From NCBI GenBank assembly GCA_963803975.1, contig CAWDOY010000047.1, forward strand, positions 186,385 through 250,384: a stretch of DNA of 64,000 nucleotides, written 5' to 3'. The stretch comes from an uncultured delta proteobacterium. GTDB taxonomy: Bacteria > Desulfobacterota > WTBG01 > CAIYCZ01. The notes below the pieces were generated by a model. It was not told where the DNA came from and ran no database searches. It saw only the letters and a program-made list of their open reading frames with translations. Of the stretch, positions 62,402 through 64,000 are shown in pieces. The number at the start of each line of letters is the position of its first letter. Positions within the stretch are counted from its first letter, which is position 1. A program made the position numbers and the translations under genes.

Positions 62402-62524
62402 ACGTACTCCTTTCCCTGGTCGGAGGACGAAGCGATCATATTCCGAACGGGACCGCCCGGCGTCTCGCGGGACGCTCTGCTACTTCTCCCGCCCCCGCGG
62501 CCGAAGCCGCGACGAGGTCTCGCC

Positions 62525-64000
62525 ATGGCATCTCAATACATCTACACGATGGTCAACCTCCGGAAGGTCGTCCCGCCCCAGCGGGAGATCCTGAAGGGGA
62601 TCTACCTCTCCTTCTTCCCCGGCGCCAAGATCGGCGTCCTCGGCCTGAACGGCGCGGGGAAGTCTTCCCTCCTCAGGATCATGGCGGGCGTCGACACCGA
62701 GTTCAACGGAGAGGCCTTCCCGGCCGACGGGACGCGCGTCGGCTTCCTGGCGCAGGACCCGTGGCTCGACCCGGCCAAGACCGTCCTCGAGAACGTCGAG
62801 GCCGCTGTCGAACCGATCAAGAAGCTCCTCGCGCGCTTCGACGAGCTGGGCGAGAAGATGGGCGAGAGTCTTTCCGACGACGAGATGGAGAAGGTCATGG
62901 CCGAGTACGGCCGGGTTCAGGACGCCATCGAGGCGTCGAACGGCTGGGACCTCGACCGGACCCTCGAGACGGCGATGGACGCACTGCGGTGCCCGCCTCC
63001 CGATTCCGACGTCACGAAGATCTCCGGCGGCGAGCGCCGGCGGGTCGCTCTCTGCCGCGTCCTCCTCGAGAAGCCCGACCTCCTCCTCCTCGACGAGCCG
63101 ACGAACCACCTCGACGCCGAATCGGTCGCCTGGCTCGAGCAGCATCTCGCCGAGTACCCCGGCACCGTCGTCACCATCACGCACGACCGCTACTTCCTCG
63201 ACAACGTCGCCCAGTGGATCCTCGAGCTCGATCGCGGGGCCGGCATCCGTGGAAGGGGGAACTACACCTCCTGGCTCGAGCAGAAGGCGTCGCGCCTCGC
63301 CCAGGAGGAGAAGGCCGAGAGCACCAAGCAGAAGACGCTCGAGCGGCGAGCTGGAGTGGGTCCGCATGGCCCCGCGCGCCCGGCACGCCAAGGGGAAGGC
63401 GCGCCTGCAGGCCTACGAGCAGCTCCTCGCCGACAGCGGCTCCGAGGGCCGCGGCGAGACGAACGAGATCTACATCCCGGCCGGGCCGCGCCTCGGCGAC
63501 GTCGTCGTCCGCTCGGAGAGCCTGAAGAAGTCGTACGGCGACAACCTCCTCTTCGACGACCTCTCCTTCGACCTACCGAAGGGCGGCATCGTCGGCGTCA
63601 TCGGCCCGAACGGCGCCGGCAAGACGACCCTCTTCAAGATGATCATGGGCCTGGAGACGCCCGACGGCGGCGTCCTGAAGGTGGGAGAGACGGTCTTTCC
63701 CTCGTACGTCGACCAGAACCGCGACCGGCCCGACAAGACGAAGTCGGTCTGGGAGGAGATCTCCGGCGGCGAGGAGAAGATCATGGTCGGCCGCCGCGAG
63801 ATGTCGAGCCGCGCCTGGTGCTCGATGTTCAACTTCAAGGGGGCCGACCAGCAGAAGCGGATCGGTGACCTCTCGGGAGGCGAGATGAACCGCCTCCACC
63901 TTGCCCGCACCGTGAAGAAGGGGGGCAACCTCCTCCTCCTCGACGAGCCGACGAACGACCTCGACGTCGACACCCTGGAGAGCGCTCGAAGAGGCGCTCC
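62525..64000 (+). CDS. ettA: ABC-F translational throttle EttA (indels; runs off the window edge)
   Basis: QYIYTM, LSFFPGAKIGVLGLNGAGKS, SGGERRRVALC, LDAESVAWLE, GNYTSWLEQK, second ABC domain GPNGAGKT. Confidence 0.96.

Noticed and set aside
1..64000. CRISPR arrays, IS elements, integrases, rRNA
   Set aside because: I saw no regularly spaced repeat-spacer array, transposase, recombinase or rRNA sequence.

Overview
The window holds two unrelated genomes joined at about 41,850. Part 1 (1 to ~41,850, moderate GC, Desulfobacterota/deltaproteobacterial-type genes) carries a NodI/NodJ-like ABC exporter, small secreted proteins, a ferredoxin/DUF169 pair, an NtrC-like regulator lacking GAFTGA, and a B12/radical SAM gene. 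It also carries a near-complete dcw cluster (mraZ to ftsZ, no murB), a SPOR/nuclease-fold protein, a TPR protein and tRNA-Arg(ACG). A 4.4-kb integrase-less islet sits in the tRNA and encodes an AAA_14/DUF4143 ATPase-nuclease plus an AEP primase/SF2 helicase fusion. Downstream are a PilZ protein, a PHP hydrolase, a c-di-GMP-I riboswitch ahead of an unknown secreted protein, a candidate sRNA, and a 4-hydroxybenzoyl-CoA-reductase-like Mo enzyme operon with two large subunits. Part 2 (~41,850 to 64,000, very high GC, Acidobacteriota-like by gene order) carries an ECF sigma/anti-sigma pair, a T2SS/T4P-like cluster, an M16 peptidase, dut, an MBL hydrolase, purS, purQ, a small-protein/nucleotidyltransferase pair, an S9 peptidase, DUF2911 and ettA. 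Many genes, including essential ones, are split by single-base indels, most likely long-read errors, and the join is probably a chimeric assembly. Best leads: the tRNA-Arg islet as a candidate two-gene conflict system, tandem NrdR-like boxes before both mraZ and ftsA, the riboswitch/sRNA locus, and the Mo-subunit pair with a Glu-to-Gln change. All family calls are by eye; no searches were run.
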